NCBI GenBank assembly: GCA_000002445.1
Contig: CH464491.1
Coordinates: 1,600,001 to 1,664,000, forward strand
DNA from: Trypanosoma brucei
Taxonomy: Eukaryota
DNA length: 64,000 nucleotides
Direction of reading: 5' to 3'
A model generated the notes under the pieces. The model had not been told where the DNA came from. It ran no database searches and saw nothing but the letters and a program-made list of their open reading frames with translations. The translations under genes and the position numbers were made by a program. Below, in pieces: positions 1 through 9,855 of this stretch. The number at the start of each line of letters is the position of its first letter. Position 1 is the stretch's first letter.

Positions 1-215
1 GCGAGGGCACTCGGACATATTCTCTTTCGTCGTGTTTGGTGACACGGTCGTGGAAGAGTTAACGTATCACCCCACAACCCACAGTCCCCACATAACATAA
101 GTTTACCGCTTAATTTTTTAGCGGAAACCACTAGAAGTTTTTTCCATTATATTTCGTTAAGGTTGGTGAGTTTTTGCACGTTTCCTTTCATTCGTATTTT
201 CCCGAGAAGTGTTCC

Positions 216-3200
216 ATGCGTTTTTTTAGCGGGTGGTTTTCACCACGTAACGTGAGCCTCAAGCAAATAGCGGACTATCCTGTTTACATATGGCAGATTC
301 CATGTGGTAAGACATCTTTAGATAAAAATGGAAAACTTGTTGTGAGCGGTACATCGACAAAGGACATAAAAAACACAGGTGGGTACCTTGACAGTACACA
401 CAAGGAGTGTTGCATGGTTTTCAACTTCACACCGTTGTTGAAGGAACTTGAGGCTGCTTTTAAACACGGAGAAATACTAGACTACTCAAAGCAGACCATT
501 GAGGATTTCACGTTATTGATTGAGCTGTGTTCCACGATCGCAAAGTGGGCGCTCGCCGACCGCGGGAGGGCGGGCTACTGCGCCGTCCTTGTTTTTTTCG
601 AGGAAAGTGACGCAGTTCACATTCCTAGCTATGCAGCTATGATTGCTACGTGCTTTTACATTTTTGCAGGTGGGCAGTCCTATTGGGGGAAATATACGCT
701 AGATTATATGGAGAAGCAACTGGGTATTCCGCGTAGCAGGTATCACTTTCAATCACAAGAACACTATGCAAATTACTTCCAGTTGCTTCTAGACGTACCA
801 GTGGTACCTAGCAACAAGCGGCGTAGGCTCGTCCGTGCTTCCTTGTATAACGCGGAAGCGATTAAAGATGCGAAACTGAGTCTCCTTGTGCAGTGTGAGG
901 GTGAAGAATTTCTCATAGACGATGCGAATGCCTGGGAGGTTGTGGATGATTCAGTCATTCATTTTGACGTGCCGTATCCGGTATGTATCTTTGGGGATTT
1001 TGCTGTAGTGCTGTTACGAAATGGCAAGCTGTTGATGGAGCAAATGAAGAAAGAGAACGTTATTGCGCGTTACGCATTTAGTACTATATTTGTCCACGAA
1101 GATAATCACCAAATTCACGTTCGAAGCATGGATTACGCTGAGAAAAACAACCTCACGGGTGATTTTTACATTACTCTACACTTTGTAGACGGGGAAACAA
1201 GGAGCACGGATTCGGCTTATGCTGACCAACTTAGGAAGCGCATTGATCAGTCGCCCAGACAAAAGGCGTTTTTATTAAATCCAGAGTCGTTCGGAGCACA
1301 AAATGGTTATGCCACCTCTTCCAGTCACCGCCATGATGATGATCTTATGGGTGGAGTATATTATCGAGCTGATGGAACTCAAAGAGGGGGACACAAACAC
1401 AGCGGAAGAATGCGGTCATCTTCTGCAGCGGTTAGGGAGCCTGCAGTTCTCATTTTAGAGCAGGAGGAGGAGAGGCTTTATCAGGATGACGAGGAGTTGG
1501 CTTCATTTGCTGGTTCCCTCTACGATGAGGATGATAAATGCGAGCAAAAAACAGCATCTCACTCATCTCCTCGGGACCCAGAGAGTTCACCGCTCCCTCC
1601 GTCTGCAACATTACCGCCACCGCCTCCGCCAGCGGCTGAGAGGTTACCAGCTCCCCCGCCACCCCCTGTAAAGCTACCGCCACCACCACCACCACCGGGC
1701 GGGAAGTTGCCGCCACCGCCGCCACCACCACCGGGCGGGAAGTTGCCGCCACCGCCTCCCCCGCCTGGAAAAGCGCCACCACCACCACCAGGCGGAAAAC
1801 TTCCCCCACCTCCACCACCAGGAGGTAAAGGGGCGCCCCCTCCGCCACCGCCACCTCCTGGTAAGCTGGGTCCTGGTGGAGGTCCTCCGCCACCGCCGCC
1901 ACCCCCACCACGTGGGTTAGGGTCACTAGGGGTGTCGGCATTGGGTGGACCAAAGGCCCCAGTGCCCAAACCTGCGTATGTTGGCCCAAAACTCAAGACG
2001 TTCTTTTGGAAGAAGCTCCCCAGGGCAATGGGTCTGTGGAGTCATGCTGATACCGCGGCTGTGGAGAAAGTTATCGATGAAAATTTTCTGTTAGGGATGT
2101 TTGAAGTTCGGAAGAAGTCCTCAACTACTATGGCAAAGAATAGCGAGGCGAAAGCTCCAAAGGGTAACAGTCTTCGAATGAGTACTGCTTTGACAGATCA
2201 GAAGCGACAAAACATTGCCATTTCACTAAAGAAGCTGAAGTTGAGTGTAGGCGACTTATGCCGGGCACTAATAGAATGCAACGACGAGGTGTTGCCATGT
2301 GATGTTTTGGAGTCTGTATATGCAGCTTTTCCCACAACGGAGGAAGTGGCTTCTCTTCGAGCCGAGCATACAGCCGGAAATGTCGAATGGACAGATGTCG
2401 AAAGATACATGCACGAACTTTTTAGCACCGTAGTGGACGTACGTGACCGCATTCCCCTATGGGTAGCAACGCAAACGAGTGTAGAGTTGGTTTCATTTAC
2501 GGAGGAACGACTCGAACTTATAGGGAGAGCAGTGTTGGCCGTCACAAAGAGGAACTCTATGCTAGCTGCGCTTCTCCACGTTATTCTCTCGATCGGAAAC
2601 TTTATGAACCGTGGGAGTGCCCATGCAAACGCCCCGGGATTCCGTTTGGAGAGTTTAAACCAGATGAACTTCGTGAAAGCGGTAGATGGAAAGACAACTA
2701 TGCTGGAGGTGGTGATTGTCTCGGTTCTTGACCGTGACCCTGGATTGCTTAAATTCATGGATGAGACAGAGTGTATCGAGGATATCTGTGGTACAACCAT
2801 ACAAGATGTAGGGCAAAGTGTTTCTCAACTGAACTTCACACTGCAGAAAATGCGGCGTGCGGTTGAGGCGGCGAACCAGTTACATCTGCCCGGAAAAATA
2901 GATGCGAAGCTCCCCCCTGGGGTAGTAGACGCACTCCCCAAAGTTCTGCAAGGATACTTGGAGAAGTACCTGGCGCCAGTCTCCCAGTTAGCCATACGTC
3001 ATCAGCGGCTTAAGGAAGATATCGCGGAGATGCTGGAAAGTTTCGGTGAGGACCCAACTATGGACGAGACGGTATTCTGGAACTACTTTTTGCAACTGCG
3101 GATGGAGGTGGGGAACATCCTACAGCGCGTTGAGAAGGAGGAGGTTACCAAGCAATCGCTACTGCGATCCGTGGGCGCGGACGGCGAGGGTATCGGTAGC

Positions 3201-3230
3201 AAGCCTGAAGACTCTTCCAAGAAAGAGTGA
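216..3230 (+). CDS. Formin (FH1 poly-proline region plus FH2 domain)
   Basis: Long + ORF with an in-frame stop at 132-134 and first ATG at 216. Translation carries repeated PPPPPPP-GGK units (FH1, about nt 1590-1915). A downstream FH2 signature ILSIGNFMNRGSAHANAPGFRLESLNQ (nt about 2593-2660) matches the conserved GN(Y/F)MN motif of formin FH2 domains. Confidence 0.8.
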   Translation: MRFFSGWFSPRNVSLKQIADYPVYIWQIPCGKTSLDKNGKLVVSGTSTKDIKNTGGYLDSTHKECCMVFNFTPLLKELEAAFKHGEILDYSKQTIEDFTLLIELCSTIAKWALADRGRAGYCAVLVFFEESDAVHIPSYAAMIATCFYIFAGGQSYWGKYTLDYMEKQLGIPRSRYHFQSQEHYANYFQLLLDVPVVPSNKRRRLVRASLYNAEAIKDAKLSLLVQCEGEEFLIDDANAWEVVDDSVIHFDVPYPVCIFGDFAVVLLRNGKLLMEQMKKENVIARYAFSTIFVHEDNHQIHVRSMDYAEKNNLTGDFYITLHFVDGETRSTDSAYADQLRKRIDQSPRQKAFLLNPESFGAQNGYATSSSHRHDDDLMGGVYYRADGTQRGGHKHSGRMRSSSAAVREPAVLILEQEEERLYQDDEELASFAGSLYDEDDKCEQKTASHSSPRDPESSPLPPSATLPPPPPPAAERLPAPPPPPVKLPPPPPPPGGKLPPPPPPPPGGKLPPPPPPPGKAPPPPPGGKLPPPPPPGGKGAPPPPPPPPGKLGPGGGPPPPPPPPPRGLGSLGVSALGGPKAPVPKPAYVGPKLKTFFWKKLPRAMGLWSHADTAAVEKVIDENFLLGMFEVRKKSSTTMAKNSEAKAPKGNSLRMSTALTDQKRQNIAISLKKLKLSVGDLCRALIECNDEVLPCDVLESVYAAFPTTEEVASLRAEHTAGNVEWTDVERYMHELFSTVVDVRDRIPLWVATQTSVELVSFTEERLELIGRAVLAVTKRNSMLAALLHVILSIGNFMNRGSAHANAPGFRLESLNQMNFVKAVDGKTTMLEVVIVSVLDRDPGLLKFMDETECIEDICGTTIQDVGQSVSQLNFTLQKMRRAVEAANQLHLPGKIDAKLPPGVVDALPKVLQGYLEKYLAPVSQLAIRHQRLKEDIAEMLESFGEDPTMDETVFWNYFLQLRMEVGNILQRVEKEEVTKQSLLRSVGADGEGIGSKPEDSSKKE
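1590..1915 (+). repeat. Imperfect tandem CCN/GGN-rich repeat encoding FH1 poly-proline stretches (PPPPPPPGGKL units, about 8 units)
   Basis: Directly visible reiteration of ccgccaccgccgccaccaccaccgggcgggaagttg-type units. The antisense frames give spurious poly-Gly ORFs. Confidence 0.85.
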
Positions 3231-3426
3231 GTGTACTTTTTCATCGCCATGACGGAGGAGGCGGTGGAAGTTCGGGCCGCGCGACAACATTTACAAGGAG
3301 GGTAAAGCAAGGAAGATGAACAGGGGTTGCCTTTTGGGCGAATATACTGGAAGGTGCCTTGGTGAATCCGCTCATGTGCGGTCTAATTTGATTTGTGCGC
3401 TGTGCTGTGTTACCCGTAGCCAAATA

Positions 3427-3447
3427 ATATATATATATATATATATA
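3427..3447. repeat. (AT)n microsatellite
   Basis: atatatatatatatatatata run in an intergenic region. Confidence 0.9.
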
Positions 3448-4227
3448 CTTCGCAGTAGTAGTAGAAGAGGTGCCCATCGTTACATGGACGAATATTATAA
3501 TGAGCAGTGTGGTGAGCAGAAGGGAAGAAACACATTTTTGTTTACGTTACTTCCGAATTCCATCTAACAAAAAAAATGTATTCTCGCTGCTGTATCGTCA
3601 GCTGCTGTTTAATTCACTCATTAACCACTGCTTTCCGCTGTCGTCGGCAACATTGGTCGGGGAATGTATCTCAGTCTAACCGAAAACGGAGACAATGAAG
3701 CAGTTGTGGAGGTCAAGCACTTGAGTGCACGTGGAAGGGGCACTCTTAACGCACCGTCGTACACCGAAGTTGGAAGTGCTGCGTCCATTGGGAAGTATCT
3801 TAGCCTGGAAATGCGCGGGCACCGTATCTTTCCGGAAAGGAAAAGACGGGGTCATACCGGGGGTTGAAACTTCACATTGTGTTTCCCCGTGTTACCTCTC
3901 CGTTCATCCCATTCCTTCAGTGGTAAGCTAAAAAATTGGTTCGACTACGTATAGACAATGGCATTATATATACATATGTCCGTATGCAATTCCTCTCTGG
4001 TTGCTGAATACTGTACCTCGTACGGTGTAAATATCGGGGAGATTAAAATTGCAAAGGCTGTCAAGTAATATTTATGATTTCTCCTTCCTGCTGGACGTCG
4101 TACCCGTAGTTTTACAGGTAGAGAGAGACACAGGAAGTACCACATTTCAATTTCGTTAAATGCTTGTAAGAAGACATAAACATAGAAATTGGAAGAGGCA
4201 AATAAAGTGTGTGTTCTGGCAGGGGTG

Positions 4228-4310
4228 CTTTCCGTCAAATTTTCCCTTTCATGCTTTGATGTCACCATTTTCCACCCTTTCTTTTAACTTCCGTTTTATA
4301 CCTTCTACGA
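4228..4310 (+). promoter_or_regulatory. Poly-pyrimidine tract plus downstream AG: candidate spliced-leader trans-splice acceptor region for the gene starting at 4354
   Basis: The + strand stretch ctttccgtcaaattttccctttcatgctttgatgtcaccattttccaccctttcttttaacttccgttttataccttctacg is followed by AG dinucleotides, about 40 nt upstream of the ATG. This is the typical kinetoplastid processing-signal arrangement. Confidence 0.4.
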
Positions 4311-4353
4311 TTGAGAAAAGGTTGTGGTTCTCGCCACCGCGAAGTACCGGGTC

Positions 4354-7110
4354 ATGGTGCGGTCCCAGTCTCGACCATTCAGCTCAGGGAAGCGAGGTGT
4401 CGGACAACAACAGCAGCAGCAGCAACAGAAGCAGCAACAGCAACAAAAACAACAGGTCCAACCTCAGAAGCAGCAACAACAACAACATCAAGAGCAACAG
4501 CAACAGCAACGGCAACAGCAACCGACGCTGACTGAGCAGAAGGACAAAGTAGTGGCACTTAGTTCCTCGTCTAGTGATGTTTCCGTGAGTGCGGTCACTG
4601 AGTACAAAACCGGAGAGGAAACGGCATCGTCCCCGCAACCCTCTCCAGGGATAGTAAATCACGCAGAAGGACCACAAAATTGGCGGGAACAACTCTTTCT
4701 GCGTAACTTTCCAACAGGTGAGACGGCACAACAACATGCGAAGGGGCACTCTCCTAAGAGAAGGAAGAGTGCGAACAGTTTCTCCACTATCGGTAGAAGA
4801 GGTTCGTTTGTGCTGAGTCATACCGTTACACCTCGTAAAAAGCCTTTAGAGTCTCAAGAAGAACAGCTTGAGACATATCGGTCACTGCAGGATCGGCAGT
4901 TCGTCTCGGTCCACGAGGAGCTGCAGCACCTTCGGGTCATGTACACCAATTTGCAGAAGGTGGTTTCGCGAAAAAATGAAGAAATTGAAAAACTACATCA
5001 GGAGGTGCTCACTAAGACGAAAGAGATTGAGCGGTTAACCGGGCTGGTTGACAAATTGAGCAAACGCCGGGGTAATTCCACTGGCTCAGCCTTAGATGAA
5101 GGTAGAGCAGCAAGTGCACGAGGGAGTAGGCCTAGTTTCTCGCCATCACTGGCGCTCTATGCAAAGGGCGCATCGGAGGACAAGCTCAGTAATAAGGTCA
5201 ACGGGGCAGGCGGGGCCCCAGCCAAGATGTTGTTGGAACTCCGCCAAAATGTTGCATCTCGCGACACAATTATTGATAATCTCCGTATGGAGCTCCACTC
5301 AGCACAGCATGAAAAGAAGGAATCAGAAAGTAAAGCAAATAAACTGGGGACCGAGTTGGAAGACGCGAAGGCACAAGTTACCAAACTTCGATCTGATTTA
5401 ACTACGCGGGACGCTGTCATTGAGGATATGCAGAGGCGCCTTGTGTCCTTACCTGAAACAACCGTGGGTTCTAGTTCTCAGGGGCTTTACAGGACCCCCA
5501 ACAGTAGCAACAATTCAGGTCCACCAACGAAACAACCGATGCTTCACGAACTTGGCGGAAACTGCCTTGCTTCCAATGGTGCCTTGGAGCACATGCGTCA
5601 CGATTCGCAGCAGTTGGGTGGTGCCGGTACCTTACCCTACAAATCAGCGTTGTGTCCGGGGACCCAACATCAGGATTTGGAAAGTGCCTTTCGACTGGAG
5701 TTAGAACACCTCCGGCGATGCTTAGAGCGCGAGAAGGACACGAATAGTGAGTTGGAGAAACACTGGCGTCGACGGCAGGAAGTTGAAAAAAGGATGGCGG
5801 AAGTAGAGCTCAACACGGCGCGCGCAGAGGCCGAGGCGTTTAGACGTGAGCTAACACGACTTCAGCAACAACAAGCTATGTCCAATTTCGCAGAGAATCA
5901 GTTGCAAACAGCACGCAGTGAAAACGACGTTCTGCAGCAGCGCGTACAAGAACTTAGAGAGGAAAACGCAGCGCAAGCCTCACGTGAGATGGAACTTCGA
6001 AACAATGTGCGGTTGCTTCGTGAGACGTGCGAGCGGCATGAAGAGGAGGTGGAGACGCTTCACCGTCGAATGAAGGTGATGAAGGACAATGAAATTCGTT
6101 TACAGGAAGATATAGACATACTGGAAGAAAAGCTTTCGCGTGCAGAAAGAATGCGTGCAGCGGAGCAAAACGGAAACAACTCCCTCTCTTGTGACATTGG
6201 CAGTTACGTTTCACTAATGTCATTAAATGAAAAACTTCAGCGAAGAACAGAGGAGCTGGAAGAGCAAATTCGTAAAATGGAAGAGTGCCATGCAGCAACA
6301 CCCCACGATGATTTTAAAAAGGAATGTGGCCAGGAACATGTGTTTACAACGCCTGATGTGGAAGCTGGTGCGATTGGAGGAATATCGCCGGCAAGTTTAG
6401 ACTCTCAAGGAGGGGTTATTGAATTCCTCACGCCACCGGTTTCAACCGGTGGTGGGGACGCGGCAGCATGCTCCACGCACGAAGCAGGAGATTCAATGAT
6501 TTGCAACGGTCAAGCAGTAGGTGGCTCGAGGAAGTCGGTGAATAACCTTCCACTCGAGGTGAAAGAAACTACTGACGTTTCCACTGTGGTGCAGCAGCTG
6601 CAGGACGAGCTGCAAGGTGTCCGCGATCGACTTCGGGTAACTGAATCTGAACTCGCGATGCTGCGGGAAAAGCAGGCGCTAAGTGAGGAACGTGTACGGG
6701 AAACAGTGAAGCGGAAGGTTACATCCCTTCGTGCTGCCAGAGAGGAAGCAGCTCGCTGCTGGGAAATGTTGAGGCAGCAAGAAGTTTTAGTCAAGAGATT
6801 GCAGAAACAATGTGAGTATCAGCGGGAGATAATAGAATCTCGTGATCCGCCGTTGTTAGGACCGATGCGGCTATCAACACAAGCCTCGGCTCCAACGGTA
6901 TGCGCACCAACTACGTGCATTGAGACAAAGGATGGTAATACTGCGAATGAAACGTCACGGGAGGACAAGTTAATAGAGGAGGCACTGCGTTGGGAATCAA
7001 TGAGGTTGGATGAGGAGATGAAGTTGCTTCGTCAGAAACTTCGCCGGACCGTAGAGGAGCGTGACCACTGGAAGAATTTGGCAACTGGAAATAGCGGGGA
7101 AATCATTTGA
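4354..7110 (+). CDS. Hypothetical coiled-coil protein with an N-terminal poly-Gln/Lys tract
   Basis: ORF-track ORF 4324-7110 uses a GTG start; the first in-frame ATG is at 4354. CAG/CAA repeat at 4405-4530. The remainder is E/K/R/Q/L-rich with heptad-like character (LQHLRVMYTNLQKVV, ELEEQIRKMEE). No enzymatic motif recognised. Confidence 0.6.
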   Translation: MVRSQSRPFSSGKRGVGQQQQQQQQKQQQQQKQQVQPQKQQQQQHQEQQQQQRQQQPTLTEQKDKVVALSSSSSDVSVSAVTEYKTGEETASSPQPSPGIVNHAEGPQNWREQLFLRNFPTGETAQQHAKGHSPKRRKSANSFSTIGRRGSFVLSHTVTPRKKPLESQEEQLETYRSLQDRQFVSVHEELQHLRVMYTNLQKVVSRKNEEIEKLHQEVLTKTKEIERLTGLVDKLSKRRGNSTGSALDEGRAASARGSRPSFSPSLALYAKGASEDKLSNKVNGAGGAPAKMLLELRQNVASRDTIIDNLRMELHSAQHEKKESESKANKLGTELEDAKAQVTKLRSDLTTRDAVIEDMQRRLVSLPETTVGSSSQGLYRTPNSSNNSGPPTKQPMLHELGGNCLASNGALEHMRHDSQQLGGAGTLPYKSALCPGTQHQDLESAFRLELEHLRRCLEREKDTNSELEKHWRRRQEVEKRMAEVELNTARAEAEAFRRELTRLQQQQAMSNFAENQLQTARSENDVLQQRVQELREENAAQASREMELRNNVRLLRETCERHEEEVETLHRRMKVMKDNEIRLQEDIDILEEKLSRAERMRAAEQNGNNSLSCDIGSYVSLMSLNEKLQRRTEELEEQIRKMEECHAATPHDDFKKECGQEHVFTTPDVEAGAIGGISPASLDSQGGVIEFLTPPVSTGGGDAAACSTHEAGDSMICNGQAVGGSRKSVNNLPLEVKETTDVSTVVQQLQDELQGVRDRLRVTESELAMLREKQALSEERVRETVKRKVTSLRAAREEAARCWEMLRQQEVLVKRLQKQCEYQREIIESRDPPLLGPMRLSTQASAPTVCAPTTCIETKDGNTANETSREDKLIEEALRWESMRLDEEMKLLRQKLRRTVEERDHWKNLATGNSGEII
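4405..4530 (+). repeat. CAG/CAA trinucleotide repeat (encodes Q-rich tract)
   Basis: caacaacagcagcagcagcaacagaagcagcaacagcaacaaaaacaacag... run visible in sequence. Confidence 0.9.
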
Positions 7111-8219
7111 TATCGTGCATCCGTTGTACTATACAGTTGTATACGTTTAAATAACATTCTTGTTCACGTTTCCAATTGCTTTTTTGTTTACTTACGCAAC
7201 AGTGTGACTACAGGTGCTAAGGAGGGGACACGTCAGCGTGCATAGACAAATACAACAAATTTATGCTCCCATATCGGAATGTGGTATGGTGCTCGCAGCG
7301 TATGACAATTACTGGAATCGCGAGTCTTTAAGGGATCGCTACTCCTTGCCGTTAACATCATAACACTTGCACAGCACAAAAGGTGATGTTGGAGATGACT
7401 GAGCACAGTCATGCCGTAGCTCACATTGCATTTATGTGAAAAAGTGCTCTACGGTTTATTCCATAATCTCCAGTGGGTACCGTTTACTTCTACAAATCAC
7501 TTCGGTGTTGTTCTTTTTTCGCTTACGACTCTCAAAGCTTCGGAAAGCACTCTCGTTTTCATCTACGAATCTTCTTTCCTTCCCCAATTCATATCGCCCG
7601 AGATGTATCTTTTTTTTTTACAGATGGGAAGGTGAAAAATGTTTTCTTGTGTGAAAAAAAAAATAATATTAGAGCATGAAGTCTTGATTTAGGGGTTATG
7701 TGCACAAGGTTAAAAGACACGCTTGTTTCCAAGTCATTTGAAGCGATGCACCCCACCAAGTACCGTGGTGTTTCCTACGGTAAAGTCCCCTTGTGACATA
7801 TGCAAGAAATGTAATCGGCATGTGAGGATCACTACTGCTGCGCGGTTTTTTTTTTTGGTTGGTTGCTGACTGCTTACCTAACTGAGACTGCGCCACTTTT
7901 ACTGTGTGAGAGAGAGAAAATGTACAACTTTTCCCTCGAGACCTATGCTACCATTGTTGAATAATTATTTTTGCTTTTGTCATGACGATATGGTAGTGCT
8001 TGATGTTGCTCTCGCTCGTTATTAATCACCATCCGAGTGATTTACGAATGCCCCAACAGCTCGTCAACGACGTGCAGCTTTTTTCCTCTCAACCATTGTA
8101 ATGCAGTAGTTGTGAGGGAGTTTATATAGTCATATTATTATTTTACACACGCCGTAGCGTTAAGGGGTGGGTGAGGGACGAGGGGCGAATACGACAATCG
8201 TCATATTGTTGGAACTGTG

Positions 8220-9215
8220 ATGTTCCCCCCGGTGTTCAACATGTGGAGGAGAGTGAGGTTTTCTCTAGAAGGCCCCGTCTCATTGTTTACGCGACGTCGC
8301 CGTCACATGATGCTTAGCAGTAATAATGTAACGAGCAAACGGCTTTTGTGGAACCCATTCACCCCTTCACAAACTGAGGGAGGCGCGGCGTCCGCGTCCA
8401 CAAGCGGTACGAGTGGTAACAGTGACTTTGCCAACCAGCATATCGCTGCGAAAGTGCATCGCGATGCCATGCTTCATAACGAAAGACTGTTCGACGCTTG
8501 CCTGGAGTTACTGTCGTTGTGCGGTGCAAGTGCATCTGCTTGTCCAGCAGGAGGGTCTCCCCGTGCCGAAATGGACGCCGAGTCAACTGATGCAATCATG
8601 GCCGTCGTACATGATACGCTACAGGGCACTTGTAAAACGCCTGCAGACCAATTTAACATTGTGTACAAAGCACTTTGCCTCCCAACTGTCGCTAATAATC
8701 GGCAACTGCAGCGCAGTCTTTTGGTGGTTTTGGAGGCCGTCCTTCCTGAGGCGCTTTTCCGTGTTTTTGAAAGTGCTGATCTATTTGTTGTTGGCCCAGA
8801 CAATGCAAAATCTCGTGAAGCGCTCGTTCTATTCGTCAGAGCCCTCCTCGGTGTAGTAGAGGTCCCTGAGGGTGTCGAAAGAGAGGAAGTTGTTTTTGTC
8901 TACCTCGACGACGTACGTACGGCATTTCCTTCACTTCGCACAAACGCTGCCTTTGTGGAACTGGAAAAAAACACCACAGCGATAGCTTTGCGGGCCAAAT
9001 TATTCGACCTTATTTCACAACTGTGTGCGGAATTTGATCCAGAGGGTAGCGGACGTATTAACTTGCGTGAACTGCAGCAGGTAGCCGAACGGGTTTTGGG
9101 GCCAGAGCAGGCACAACTGCTCCTTGAAGGAACCTGTGCGGATAAGAACGGCAAAATACGTTACATGCAACTCGCTTCGCTACTCCTGCGCGCTCCTCCA
9201 CGCCGAAAGCGATAA
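8220..9215 (+). CDS. Hypothetical protein with a C-terminal EF-hand-like loop
   Basis: + ORF, first ATG at 8220 (the ORF track begins at GTG 8217). C-terminal DPEGSGRINLRE (nt about 9035-9070) fits the 12-residue EF-hand loop pattern D-x-[DE]-x-[DS]-G-x-I-x-x-x-E. A second degenerate loop is ADKNGKIRYMQL. Confidence 0.5.
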   Translation: MFPPVFNMWRRVRFSLEGPVSLFTRRRRHMMLSSNNVTSKRLLWNPFTPSQTEGGAASASTSGTSGNSDFANQHIAAKVHRDAMLHNERLFDACLELLSLCGASASACPAGGSPRAEMDAESTDAIMAVVHDTLQGTCKTPADQFNIVYKALCLPTVANNRQLQRSLLVVLEAVLPEALFRVFESADLFVVGPDNAKSREALVLFVRALLGVVEVPEGVEREEVVFVYLDDVRTAFPSLRTNAAFVELEKNTTAIALRAKLFDLISQLCAEFDPEGSGRINLRELQQVAERVLGPEQAQLLLEGTCADKNGKIRYMQLASLLLRAPPRRKR

Positions 9216-9855
9216 CCATCGAACTGGAGGTTGTCTAACTCTGTATCCCTTGTGTTTGAATCACTTTCTACGCCAGTTGTTACTTTGTGTTACCGTTAGA
9301 TCGGGATCCCTTCGCCTGTATACATGGCGCGTTGTATTTTCTATCATTTATCGATAAAGTGCTTACGAATAATTTTCTTTACCCCTTTCCATTGTATCCG
9401 GTATTTCACCGCTAGATAAAAACGGTTCCCCACAATTTTTGTTGGCAATATTATTCTCGCTGCTGTTCTCTTTTTCTCAAACATTGAGCACAGAACGGGT
9501 GTCAAGAAACACTCGCCCCATATTTTCCCCCTTTAGGCAGACGTCACACACACATTAAACGCACACACGAGTTACGTGGCGCGTTGTGTGCACTGCGTTG
9601 TGCACAATTCACCGGTTGAAAAGGCACTCCGGTTCGTAATTGACGAAGGCATCGGTGACTGAGAGGCTCACCTTCGCCCGTTTGTTTTTCTGCAAAAGTA
9701 TTACCATTCTGTGGTTAACGAGACGAGGCGCTGAGTGCGTCAAGGCACGAGTGTCATATTTGCTAGTGTGGTAGAGTGGTTAAGCAGGTTCATACGGATA
9801 TAGAAGAAATATAGAAGCGGTAGAGGTGAATCCAGCCTATAGGTGGATATCGTAA

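Noticed and set aside
1450-1996. Minus-strand ORFs (179 aa and 145 aa) encoding poly-Gly and G/V-rich peptides
   Set aside because: They are the reverse-complement reading of the CCN/GGN repeat encoding the formin FH1 poly-Pro region. This is a repeat-driven artefact against the direction of the transcription unit.
2198-2800. 200-aa minus-strand ORF inside the formin FH2 coding region
   Set aside because: Antisense to a well-supported conserved CDS (GNFMN FH2 motif) within a same-strand array. No motif present. Likely a chance ORF.
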